From: Bugula neritina | Taxonomy: Eukaryota > Animalia > Bryozoa | Assembly (NCBI GenBank): GCA_964035545.1 | Contig: OZ037769.1 | Span: forward strand, 5,437,929 to 5,501,928 | Reading direction: 5' to 3' | DNA length: 64,000 bases | Shown here: positions 50,901 through 63,056 of the stretch, piece by piece | Layout of the letters: every line of letters starts with the position of its first letter | Numbering within the stretch: the first letter of the stretch is position 1 | Translations under genes and position numbers: made by a program | Notes under the pieces: generated by a model | Told to the model about the DNA's origin: nothing | Databases searched by the model: none | Seen by the model: the letters and a program-made list of their open reading frames with translations, nothing else

Positions 50901-52254
50901 CCATTGTATACAGTGATAGCTGGGCCCTGGATTATTACTAGCAAATCACCTGCAACACATGCAGACATTTTTATTTACACATAAATATCTGCTAGTATTA
51001 AAATACAAATTTGTTGTATTAGGGTAATCAAAAAAGTCATGAAAACACAACCAAATATTTAAAGTTAGTCATTTTTAAAGTGATTAAGAAAAGTTGGCCA
51101 ATTCTACCAATATATTTAAAATTGTTCTATGATATGTACATAGAGACACACTGCAAAAACAACAAATTAACGCGCAACACATTACAGGGTAAACAACTCC
51201 TAAAAAGCAAATCCCATGTTATTACTCATCATCAGCTCCCTTTACAGACAGACAAAACTCCTTCGCTGTGTCTTGACACAGCTTAATTAATATCAGAAAA
51301 CCTAACGTTTTCCAAACTTAATTAAAAGGAGTTGTGTGCTCTATAGTCAAGAGATGAGGTGTCATTTTTGTAGGTTTATTACTGAATAATTGTTGGAAAA
51401 TGGGTGAATAATCTTAGAGCTTCTTGCCAAAGTTTGAAAGATAGAGTTTCTATAAATATAATTAATGCAATAATTGAAGTATGCTAATCAATGAAAAGTG
51501 AGAATTTGTCAGTCGACAGCCATTGGCCATAGCATACCTAAAAAGTGAATCCAAGTTTTGTGCCTTTTATATCTCTCAAGAAGTGAGATCTTTCTAGCGT
51601 AAAAACGACGTGAGTTAAGGTCAAGGATATCTAAGCTGGAAGATTTGTAGACGAGGAACCAGTCTTCAATGGTCAGACCTGAAATATTACCAGAAAAGAG
51701 TGACAACAGTCTAATCTTACATAACATTGAGGATAAAAATGTAAACTGCAGTTGCTATCACGTCACCATCACATTGAAATTTTGTCACCTAAGACCAAAA
51801 TAGCTATATACGTACAGTCAACATTATTAACAGTTTAATAGCATTTTTATGAATTTGAGAATTACAGGAGAATCAAATATTCATGTGCTAATGTCTATTT
51901 TTAGAAACTCAAGCCTGATACTTACAATACATGTCTTATTCTCCAGAATACTGTGTTTGATATGAAAAACTTTCCATTTTATGAATTTGTTTTCTAAACA
52001 GAAAAATGACTATAACTAAAATAACGAATCACCAAAACACTACCTGAACAAGACCTGAGTATTTGCTCAGTGGTCAACTCTTTGTAACATATTTCCTTCC
52101 AGAAATCTTCTTTACAGTAGTGGAAGAATGTCTTGCACCAGTAGTGCAAGTCTTGGCAGACTTTGGAAATTGCCAGGAAGGACTTGCCATCGAGATATCG
52201 GAGAATAATTTCCATTATGTCATAGGGAAGGCAGAGTATAGTTGCTGAGTTCAT
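47953..52254 (-). CDS. F-box domain protein (multi-exon; 3' exon structure partly uncertain)
   Basis: N-terminal F-box ILCLPYDIMEIILRYLDGKSFLAISKVCQDLHYWC. Phase-1 exons 52254-52044, 51678-51538, 50949-50830, 50632-50450, 49931-49845, 49544-49473, 49344-49255 join in frame. Likely further exons are ~48248-48141 and a terminal 48080-47953 (...KEVVLYGFL*). Confidence 0.7.
48448..48575. mobile_element. hAT-type MITE, 128 bp
   Basis: Termini cagagtgtccaac / gttggacatccctg, with a perfect 8-bp TSD tcctaaat at 48440-48447 and 48576-48583. Confidence 0.88.
49605..49690. repeat. 20-bp minisatellite (gacacgctaggcaggtagtt), ~4 copies
   Basis: Directly visible. Confidence 0.85.
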
Positions 52255-52326
52255 AACAGTTTATAGTCTTTTGTCTTTTAGAATATAAGGTATATGCTGT
52301 GCTTTATATTATTATGTCAGTACTTA

Positions 52327-53641
52327 TTACTTTGAGCGGGGCTTGTTCTTTTCACGTTCTAACTCTTGTTGAAAGGTATTTTTAAATCTCTCTATTCGGT
52401 CACTAAAGGCTTTCGCATCTCCCTCTTTGCTCTTCAAATAGTGGGATCCTGTATATACACCATATGTTCTATATTCTATATACACTATATATTCTATATA
52501 CGCTATAATCTATATACACTATATATTCTATATTCATTATACACACTATACTTTATATATACTATATTCAATATACACTATATTATTTATACACTATATT
52601 ATTTATGCACTATATTATTTATACACTATATTCTGTATGTACAACATACATCAGTTTATTTCCAATAACCACTAACTAGAATAAAGTTCAAGAATTTCAA
52701 AGCAAAATAAGTATTTTATACATGTTCAATACCAAACAATAGGTTTTCAAATTGCTGTTTCAAGTTTTGTGTCATGACAGCCAAAAGCTTACAAGCTTTT
52801 GTATGCTATAAACATGTGAAGCTACACACATATAATGTATGAAACATATTAAAGAAGCCAACCTTCCTGCCTAGCTCTTAGATACCAGAAGGCTGTGAAC
52901 TTGGCAGCTCTCCTCATTGGCTCAGAGTCAGCGAGCTGTAAAATGTTGAATGATTAGTTAAACAGGCAGCTCAGGCAGCCTAGGCTATAAGCATACCCTT
53001 ACCAAATGTTAGCAGAGATGCATTATTTTAAAAGTTCCGGCAATCCTCAAAATCTTATAGTTCAACAGGAAGCATTTGTTTTAAATACTGTAGCTGCAAA
53101 AGCAATTTTGCTTCCTACACATAATCAGAAAAAAATATATGAAGAAAAATAAAACAAAGGTAACCTTACCTTTTTGATTATTTCATCTTGGCGTTGGTGC
53201 AGAAAGTACCTACAACAATATTAAATTTGCCATTTTAAAAATATCAAAGAGCAACTTTTTCATGAGTCTAAAATAAACACCAATTAAGCTCCAAAACTGC
53301 AGCTAGACCAGTACTAGAATAGAGAGTTTTGACTACTAGTTAAGTGATTTGCATGCTTTAGTGTTTGGAACAGTTACTGTTAGGCCCGAACTTCTATAAA
53401 TTACTTTTACTAAGTCATAGCTACATACTTCTACTGAGTTACAAGTATAACTATTCATGTAACTGAGATTCCTATAGCCTGAATAAATATTTTTAAAGCT
53501 TTTAATTTGGATAGTATTAGATCCAAGAGCAAGATTACATACTGGGTAACACGAAAATCTAAAAGTAACTGAGACTAAAACTGAAAAAGTCATGAATTTA
53601 TACTAACTTTTGCCTTACCTTAATATATTTCGAAGAGGCAT
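52327..53641 (-). CDS. NCBP2AS2: NCBP2AS2 (HIAR) homolog, 85-aa microprotein in 4 coding exons
   Basis: Exons 53641-53619, 53209-53170, 52935-52863, 52448-52327 give MPLRNILRYFLHQRQDEIIKKLADSEPMRRAAKFTAFWYLRARQEGSHYLKSKEGDAKAFSDRIERFKNTFQQELEREKNKPRSK*. This matches the recalled family pattern LSESRPIRRAAQLTA...ERFRDAFTQEL. It is invisible in the ORF track. Confidence 0.8.
52452..52640. repeat. AT-rich ~20-bp minisatellite (tatacactatatattcta)
   Basis: Directly visible; explains ORF 52366..52668. Confidence 0.85.
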
Positions 53642-53826
53642 GAATGACGAAACTGGATGGCTCAATATGAATGTAATCTGCAGATATAGTTATAGCAGAT
53701 TACTGATTAGATAATCAATCATGTGAATGAATAACACTTAATTTCAGAAATAAATGCGTTTTACTTGAGCTTCACAATCACTGAGCCTAAACTGATTATT
53801 ACTATAAGATTAAGCATAAAACTAAA

Positions 53827-54040
53827 GGGAGCAGCCGTGGTCTAGGAGTTAGAGCGTTTGCTTAGTAAGCACGAAGTCATGGGTTCAAGCCCAAACAAAG
53901 GCCATTGGTGATGTTAGGAAGAGCATCTAGCCAAAATTGCTCCTGTGCTACATATGAATAAGTTCTTAGCCCGATTTAACAAAAACCCTTTTCATCAGGA
54001 ATTTTCTCACAGGGATGGTGATTATAAACCTGCGTGAGTT
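53827..54040 (+). mobile_element. tRNA-derived SINE, full length
   Basis: gggagcagccgtggtctaggagttagagcg...gggttcaagccc...cacagggatggtgattataaacctgcgtgagtt. Confidence 0.85.
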
Positions 54041-54121
54041 TTTTTATTAAGTATAAAATTAAATTAAAATATAATATTAATTAATTAATAAATTATTTAT
54101 AATAACTGACTATCACTATGA

Positions 54122-54621
54122 GGGTGTAGGTCATTTCGTACACAAGTCATTTGGTACCCACTTTTTCAGGTCGTTTCGTACACATCAATATGAATATGAA
54201 ATAATTTTTTTGTATTTATTTATTATTTGATGTATGAGTCATACATTAGTACATACATACAATAACAAAAATAATATAAAATAAATCAATAAAAATAAAA
54301 TCAAACAATAGTAGAGTGTTCAAAAATGATAATCATATAAAAATAAATATTAATGCATTTATCATGATACTCAAACTGATAAATTAATATAAAAAATTGA
54401 TTAATAAGTGACATGGGAGGTGTGAAAAATACATGCTGATTCTGGGATGTAATAAATAAGTAAACTGGAATCATTCAACTTCAAGTGGCTACTCAGTGGC
54501 TTCATTCATTGTTAATTTTTGTACGAAATAGACAGCGGTTTGTGTACAAAACTACCATTTTGCATACAAAACGACCGGAGTTAGTGTACAAAACGACTTG
54601 TGTTGGAAACGACGGTAACCC
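54122..54621. mobile_element. Non-autonomous DNA transposon, ~500 bp
   Basis: Imperfect TIRs gggtgtaggtcatttcgtacacaagtc / gacttgtgttggaaacgacggtaaccc; repeated subterminal gtcrtttygtacac motifs; 8-bp near-TSD cactatga / cactacga. Confidence 0.7.
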
Positions 54622-56879
54622 CACTACGACTATCACTATCACTCTATCAGTATCACTATTGTGTCAGCCAATAATTGTTACTGTGTCAGCACAGGTGCTG
54701 TTTGGCACGGATGACTATGTATTGTGATTCACTTAATGGAGGATGAATGGATAGAGGACACAGAAGCAGGCCACAACTTTACTTTTTGTCTACTGCCAAC
54801 AGTATATTTCTCGCAAAACTCAAATTCAAACTGAAATTTTAACCTATAACTGTAAAAACATCTTGTTAACTAAACATTGATTAACACAGCTTACAAAACA
54901 TTTAGTTAATGAAGTTAAAAACAAAAGATAGTATAATTTAGTATAATACTTGATACTTCTCATTATTTGGACAATAAAGTTCAAGTTGCCTGCATCTTCA
55001 ACAAGAGGAAAATTGAGCTACACTGACTCATTGAACAAAAACTGCCAGTAAATAGCTATCACAAAAGCTTTCACAAAAATTTTTCATCACACAATAGTTT
55101 TCTCAAAACTACCAAAATGAAAAAAGCTCCTGCAACAACTAACAGTATCACTATCACTATTACTATAACTCTAAATACAGAACTTTCACATAACTCAATT
55201 ACGCTCAAGTCGTAAGTTGATAAGAATGTTGATAATGCCAATCATATTCATATTCATATTGATATTCATATTCATAATGATAATTCATATTGATATTGAT
55301 AATCATAATCATAATGATAATCACTTGATAATGATATCTATAGAAAAAGCAATGACATTTTGCTGTACATTTAAATTATAATCACATATTGGAAATAAAA
55401 TTTAAATAACAACAAATATTGTGCTACAATGTAAAATATAAAAATGTTAACAGTCTTCAAAAAACAATTAATTACAATTTATGTAACTCCACTCCGATGC
55501 TCAAAAGCTGTGACGACCTTGACACTTGAGAGTACGATCCACAGAATTCGTTGCGGGGATTGAGTCACTAGGAATGTATCCGTATTCGTGCCTTATCATT
55601 TAATTAGAAAGATAATCATTACCATTGAACTAGAAATAATTTTAATAATAATAAATGATAAATATTCTAGCTCATTGATTGTTACTAAAGTAATGTGGTC
55701 TTGCTCAACAACTGAATTAACATATTTGTAATAAGTTAAAGGAGTTGTCTACTCAAAAGAAATTTTTGCCTATGACTATGCTGATGTATACGTGCGAAGT
55801 CCCATCGATAGAGCGATCTAATCGACACATGCATCCTTTTAGAACATGTAAAAATAGTAGTAATTACAACGATATTAAAAAGCATTGTTTAAGTGTGATT
55901 ACATTTATACTTCTGCTGCAGCAATTAGAGCTGGAGCACCTTAGCCCCAATCAGTCCTGTTTTATAGATATTAAATTAATATTCTAGTTACATACTTATA
56001 CTATGAAACCACGTATTATTTATAATCAGAATTTATCAATCAACACTATAAAATATTCATCTACATATTTTATACTCATCTCAAATACTAATGTTGGTAT
56101 TTTCAATCATTCAATTTCATATTTATTTTCATATAAATATTAATATAATAACATATTTAATTTTATACTATTAATATAATATATTTATAGTTATAATCAC
56201 ATATTCATATTCAAATTGATATAGATTCATTTATATTTATGGAATAATTATTATAAATATACTCTGTAATAATTTTTATGTTGATATTCATAATTTTTCA
56301 CTAATACTAATACACTTACAGTAATAGTAATAGTAATACTAATACTAATAGTAATAGAAATAGAACTCTAGAAGTATTTGTAATACTAAGAATTATTATC
56401 ATAAACTATTCACTAACAGTAATAAATGTATCAATGATAATATTAATAATAATATATGAGATTAACAATATTACTTAAATATTAATGTAATACTAGATTA
56501 TTTAGTATTAATATTAGTATCATTTATTTAATATAGCTTTTTTCAGCTCTAAAATTAGTGTCAGCATCAGTAAATTGTTTTATATAACTATAATTAAATA
56601 ATGAGTAGTACAGTAGAGTAGTTGATTACTAAGTTTTTAATAAAGCTCTATCATTGTATTCGCATATCATTATGGTTAAACTGAATCTATTTCTATGTAG
56701 ATATAACGACTAAAATTAAATCACATAATTCACAAGACAAAATGTAAAGGCTTGCAACAATTCGATTAAAGTTGTGAAACTTGTCAATTAGTTAAGCAAG
56801 GTCAATGATTTTAGCCAAGTCACCTTAAGTCTACACAACTCTGATATATAATAATTTATATTAATATTATTAAACAGAA

Positions 56880-59800
56880 ATGTTCCGCAACAACACTAAT
56901 GCCAGCCACTTTAAACAAATGCCACATGACATGAATCAAAACTCAGGATATAATTACAATCTTCAAACGCAAAGAGGCCTACATGGAAATGCGTACAACC
57001 AACAGTTTTCCCAACCCAACTGTCAAAATTTGAGAGCAAGAAATGCAAAATGGCCGCCCCAACAACAGCAATTTAATTTTGAGATTGACCAAGATTTTTT
57101 GGCAGACAATGCCATGAATCCACAGTTTACCAATAATTCTAAATCTTTTAATACAAATATTAATTCTATCCAAGTTGGAGTGTCGTCGTTGGTAAGACTA
57201 TAAGCTATTTTATATTTAATTATAGCATATATATAGCTATGCATATAAAATGATTTATCTTTTAAATTCCTAATCATTTGATAATTTTTAATAAACATGC
57301 TTGCTCATTCCAAATTTTTTCATTATTTTAAGCTCATCCCATCTTAGTTTGCGGCTTGAAATGATTATATGGAATAGACTTGATCAATTGGTTACCTTTA
57401 TTAGTTACAAGAAAAATTATGACTGAATTTGATATTGTTATGTAATTTGATACTGTCAATTCATGCAAGTAATTTGATTAAAGATTATGCCTCATTGGTA
57501 ATGCTTCCAGTAATACCATAAATGTAATTGAGCTATTTACTCATTATATGAAGCAATTCAATACTTGCATTTCAGCCTCTTGTTGGTTTTGTGTTAGCTA
57601 AAGAAGACACTCGCAACTTTGAACCAAAAGAAGGCAGTAAGTTTTATTGTCAAATTCTGTGTGATTACTGCATACAAATATTTTACACGAACAATCACTT
57701 GCACAAGTTTGTCAATATTTTTCAGGCGACAGTGGCCCTCGGTCTGTATTGAGTTTCACCCTCCGAGATTCTCCATTTGATTATGTCAATGTGTCTCTTT
57801 GGGGTAAACCTTCTAGTGTTGGTGAAACGGCAGCTAGTTTTTCTGTTGGTGATATTGGTAAGTAGCTTCCGTTGAGTTTTGTAAACAAAAGCATTTGTTT
57901 GATATTTATTCAAGCTGTAATTCATCTAGCAAAAATTCTAACCTTCAACTGCAACAAAGAATTAATATTTGTATGACTGTTGTGTTGACTTCAAATGCTT
58001 TCATTTTTTCATCTATAATGCTTGTTTGTATATTTTATGCTCAAATATGTTTCTGTAATTTAAAATGTTTGATTAGTGCAGATATCAGGGTTTAATGTGA
58101 AAGATAAGCAAGAGAATGATGATCGGTACCGTCCATGGACTCCAAGGTAAGCTATGTTGATATTGTATAGGGTATAATTCAGCTAAGTTTTATTCTCCAG
58201 ACAATATAATTTTATAGTTTGTCATGAAGCATTAGCTGTTTTGATTCAGTTTAATGTTGATACATTATGTTTAAAGTATAATTTATGAAGTAAATTATAA
58301 CAGATGCAATTCATAATCATTTCATGTGAACTAAAAGATCCATGGCTACCAATTAATATACAGTTTTATAAATTTCTGTGATACTTTAGCCTGGAACTGG
58401 TTGCAGTGTTTGCCAGTAAGCACTTATTCACTGCATGAATTTCAACTTGACTTTTTATAGATTATTGAAATTGAATAACAGTTTATGTTTGTTGATCATA
58501 CCAAGTTGTAAAGTTATTTGCAGGACTATTTCTGTCATTTGCAGTCCATATCAAATAGTGCTCAATGAGTCACACGGGTCTATATGCCAGTATGAAGGCA
58601 CTATGATAGATGACTTTACCAGGTTGGCTCACATGCCCCTGCAAACACCGGGCCCTGTGTACACACTCTCTGAAATTACTAACAATATCCGGAACCTGAG
58701 CAACGACCTTGTCAGCTTTACTGCAGCTGTGCGCATGGTATGTGCCTGTGTTGTACTAGAGTTAAGGTCCTAGTAGACCTTCATGGTATTTGGTGGCAGT
58801 TTGAACATATGATGTATATGTTTTTATTTGAATAAAGTTGCAAGAAGCATTTGCTGTAATGGTCATATTAATAAGTAGGTATCATGTAAAAACGTGATCT
58901 CAAAATTAGTGCAGCCTAAATCTTTGCTACCTGTCATCAGAATTATTTAAAGCTGAAAATGTATCTATTTTAGGGAGTTTTGATAGATTACATGCACGAC
59001 TTGCTGTAGCTTATGTTGTACTTTTTGAAATTAACTCTTTTCTCAATGCAATTATAGTTTTATGTATATAAAATAAACCCTCTTTTAAAATAGAAATGTA
59101 ACATTTAACAAAATGATGAGCTATTATAACCCATGATTTGAAAGCTGGATGACTACATATTATATAGCGATCTCACAACTGTCATGATGACATTTTCTAT
59201 GAATGTTGAGCATATAAAGTAAATGCATGGTGTGACCAGTAAGGCCTAGAGATGTTTGTGAAGGTTATATATTGTCTGTGTTAGGTGGGGGCTGCTAGGT
59301 CTGTAGTGGCAAAGAGCTCAGGACGAAAGATGCACCTGAGGGAGATTAGGCTGTTTGATCAGCACGTACCTCTGTTTCACCTTATTCTGTAAGTCCTCTG
59401 CACGTACCTACGTTTCACCTTATTCTGTGAGTCCTCTGCATTAGACTCTATTATGACAACAAAACTGTCATGTGAAAAAGTATATCTGTATACACATACA
59501 AGTTTTCCAATCATATTTTTTATATAAATACTCATTAAATCATGATATAGAAAGATGAACGTTCATATTATTGCATATTTTCATATACAACTATTTACTG
59601 TTGTGACATAATATTGACTACATCTGATTGGTTGATTAAAATCACACTGACCAATGGTATGAAAAACTGATTTTTAACATTATTATTCATCAAATTGAAT
59701 AGACCTCTATTGTAGTTGGAGCAACGAGATGATTCAGTTTTCTGAGCATTGGCAGACAAATGAAACAGGTTGGCTATTCCTGGTTGCTATAATTTTTTAA

Positions 59801-62401
59801 CCACCATCTTTATTGCTAGTTGGTCTTTCAAATAATGTTGATAACATTGTGTATGTTCTTCATAACTAAGATCAGTGAATACTAATCTAAAAGTAGATAT
59901 TTACCACGATTCTAGTTCTGAGTGTGGTGGATGTAAAAGTCTCCTATGACCAGTTCAAGAAAGGAGTTGTCGCCTCGGCCTCTAGTAAATCTATATTCAT
60001 ACTTAACCCTGGTAAGTGTGGCTTTACTCTAACAGCTAACTAAGGGATTCACACATATTTAGAACATGAGAATTTCATTGGTGGTTTTCGGTGACTGCAC
60101 ACAACTCTCTGTTAATAGATACTAGGCAAGGAGCTGCTTTATATCAGTTTGCCCAAACTGTTACATGGCCAGATGATGATGAATGCAAACCTCAAGTTTT
60201 ACAAACTATTGACTGTAAGATGTTTATATTATAACCAGCTTAATGTGGTTGTGTTGTTTAATTCTTTTTATAGAATATTTAATCTTCAAACTTACCATTT
60301 TGGTTATAGTCAGTGTTAATATCCTTTAAATCAGCACTAATTGAAATTTATTTGCTCGTGTGAATTGATTTATAAAAAAAATTTCAATTCTCTCACTAAA
60401 CGCATTTCTATTTTTTTATTAGCCTCTCCTCTTTTTAAATAACCTCTAGCAGTAATATAAATTCTAGTTTTTAAAGGTTTAGAATGATTTATTAGTGATG
60501 CAGAAGTTTATTTAAAAAACTGATTCTATGATTAAAGTGTCAACGGTGCGAGCAGAATACAGCATACATGATTTCATAAAGATGTGTGACCAGCTTCAAC
60601 CTGACAAATCAGAGCACGCTATCATCTATGGTTTCCTCAGTGCATTTGATTTAGATGGGTCCTTAGACCACGTAGTATCAGCCAAATGGTGAGGCAGCTA
60701 ACATTTACTGCTCAAAGATAGTAGGTACTTTGTGTTTGCTGTACTTCAGCTGCTGTATTACCTAAATTGATATATTACTTTCACTACGTACATGCAAATC
60801 TAGACCATTGAAGTTTGAATTGTTAATGTCCTTCAAGTTTTTTTAGTTATCTACAATGACTTCCGAAATTTTTATTTAATAATTAATTAGTAAACCTTCA
60901 CTTTCATATAATCATGCAGAGCTGTAAGATTTCTTTGCTTGGTCTGATAGATATGTTATCAGCTGTACACATGGTAACTCCTTTTCTAGCTGTGAATGTG
61001 GAAAGATTCTGCCATCTGTGGTGAGTGGTAGGTGCAGCAACTACGACTGTATGAGGTGTGATATAGGTGACCTATCTGAGTCTGGTGATATTTTCTACAA
61101 CATGAGGGCTGATATATCAGACTATACTGCTACTCTCTCCAACTGTAAACTCTCCTCTGAGACTCTTATCAATATGCTACAATACAAAGTACGGTAACAG
61201 CATGACAGGTTGTAGTATTAAACTATTGCTTGGGATTTTTTGCAAGTTTTGCTTGTCAACATAATCTTTAGATTTAAGAGGTAATAAAACAAACATGCTT
61301 CATTTATTGAGCTGTAAATTTGAAAGCACATCTAAATAGTTATATATTGATACCATGTTTGTTTATTGCACATGTATTATTTTAATAAAACTGCAGAATT
61401 GTTGAAAGTGTAGTTCCCTGACATATTTCTTGTAATAACCCGTTTAATTGCAGCAATGGAGAAATTTTAATAGCTTAAACTCTTTAATTTTTTAATGAAA
61501 GTTGGTTTGGGCGCAGTTGAAAATTTTTTTGCTACATTTCTTATATAGAATAAAGGCCTGTATCAATTTCTCCATTACTGTACCTACCGGGCCTCCAGAA
61601 GTTAAAAGAAATTAGACTTTATAGTGAAAGTTACAAAGTATAAGTTACAACTTCAGTCCTGAAGACTCTGTTTTTATTAAACATCGTGTAACTGCAAATG
61701 CTATTCCTTTAATCAGCCTGTCAAAATTAAAAGATTATTTACCATCAAAAACTACTTGAATCAATTTCTTCTGCCTTGTTGCAACTTATGATCAGTGAGA
61801 GTGACCAGTGCTAATCAGTACTAGAAATACTAGTCACATAATTACATATCTGGGGCAGACAACTCATCAAAAGAAACCTGCTACATACATGTAAGAATTG
61901 GGTAACCAATAGTTGTTCTTGTAGCACTGTGTTGGTATCCATTCTTGTTTTCTAGGCACCTGAGTTTGTACAGCTGGCTGATGAAGATAGGACTAAATTA
62001 AAATGGACGTATTTGTTTGAAAGGTGCAGATTTATTGTCAAGGTCTGGTTTGCTTCACTAATGCATATTCTGAGCTGACAGTATTTTCGATTGTTTTACG
62101 CAAGTTGATCAGTGCAAAGTTAGTTACTTCAGTATACGTTTCCACTTTATCTACAGAAATAAAATATAAAATTGGTTGTCTGGTATATAATATGAAAGTT
62201 AGTTTAATATTTTGTTTTTATTGAAATTTGAAATATTGAAGTTAGCCAATTAGGGTATTAGTTTCATTTTCTGAAAATTTTAAGTGCTACATCAAGCTTC
62301 TTCTTTTATAGGCTTACCGACTTGGTGATTTCCCTGTCAACTTTGTACTTTTGGACGCAGCAAAGCTTTCTTGTCAGGAACATATAAAACATATGACCTA
62401 A
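56880..62401 (+). CDS. MEIOB: Meiosis-specific OB-fold protein (~547 aa)
   Basis: Exons 56880-57191, 57576-57636, 57726-57857, 58077-58146, 58545-58737, 59285-59388, 59716-59768, 59916-60011, 60119-60214, 60538-60688, 60990-61188, 61956-62042, 62312-62401 join in frame. Motifs LSFTLRDSPFDYVNVSLWG, SFSVGDIV, EIRLFDQ, SKSIFILNPD, a Cys cluster and RTKLKWTYLFERC match MEIOB. Confidence 0.88.
59363..59440 (+). repeat. 38-bp tandem duplication spanning the MEIOB exon 6 donor
   Basis: cacgtacctctgtttcaccttattct|gtaagtcctctg is followed by cacgtacctacgtttcaccttattct|gtgagtcctctg. Confidence 0.9.
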
Positions 62402-62488
62402 ATTATTAACTACCTGAGTTGTCTGCATCTTTTTTGGTCAGTTGTGGAACCACTAAAAATCCCACTAAACTTATAAGAGATTTAACTT

Positions 62489-62626
62489 ATAGAAAATGGC
62501 TTAAAGCAGCATCAAGTTAGTGGTCACTGAGTGCAATGGTTCAATAGTTGGAGCTCGGACAACTATGTTTAGACAAAGTCTCTACTTGGTCACCCGCAAC
62601 TTGGTGCTGCTTCTAGCGATTTCCTA
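62489..62626. mobile_element. MITE-like element, same family as 3143-3277
   Basis: agcagcatcaagttagtggtcactgagtg ... ggtcacccgcaacttggtgctgct inverted arms. Confidence 0.55.
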
Positions 62627-63056
62627 GCTATAGTTTAGCTTGAATAACCTGGTAATGCAGCAATGTTTCAAACTCAGACACCAATCTTTTGTAAATCTCT
62701 ATATATGTGTATAATATGATGATTCACTGTAAACTCTTGGAGGTTAAAGTATTGTCAGAGGAGATAAATCTTCATATGCAATTTCAATGAATATTTAGAT
62801 TAATTACAAAAATATGATCTGGCAAATAGTCTATCTATAAATGATGCAGATGAGAAACTAAACTGTTGTTTATTAAAAAGGCTTTGTAAAGTTTTTCACA
62901 ACTTTTTCCCAACGTGTTTTCTTTATATCATTGTTATGTTGTTGTTGAACAGTTTGGTTAAATAAATACGATCAGAATATCAAAACAGACTAGCAGATAC
63001 ATCGTGTTACATTTCAAAACAGCCTGTAATGTGCATGACATTGCATCATGCAGTTG

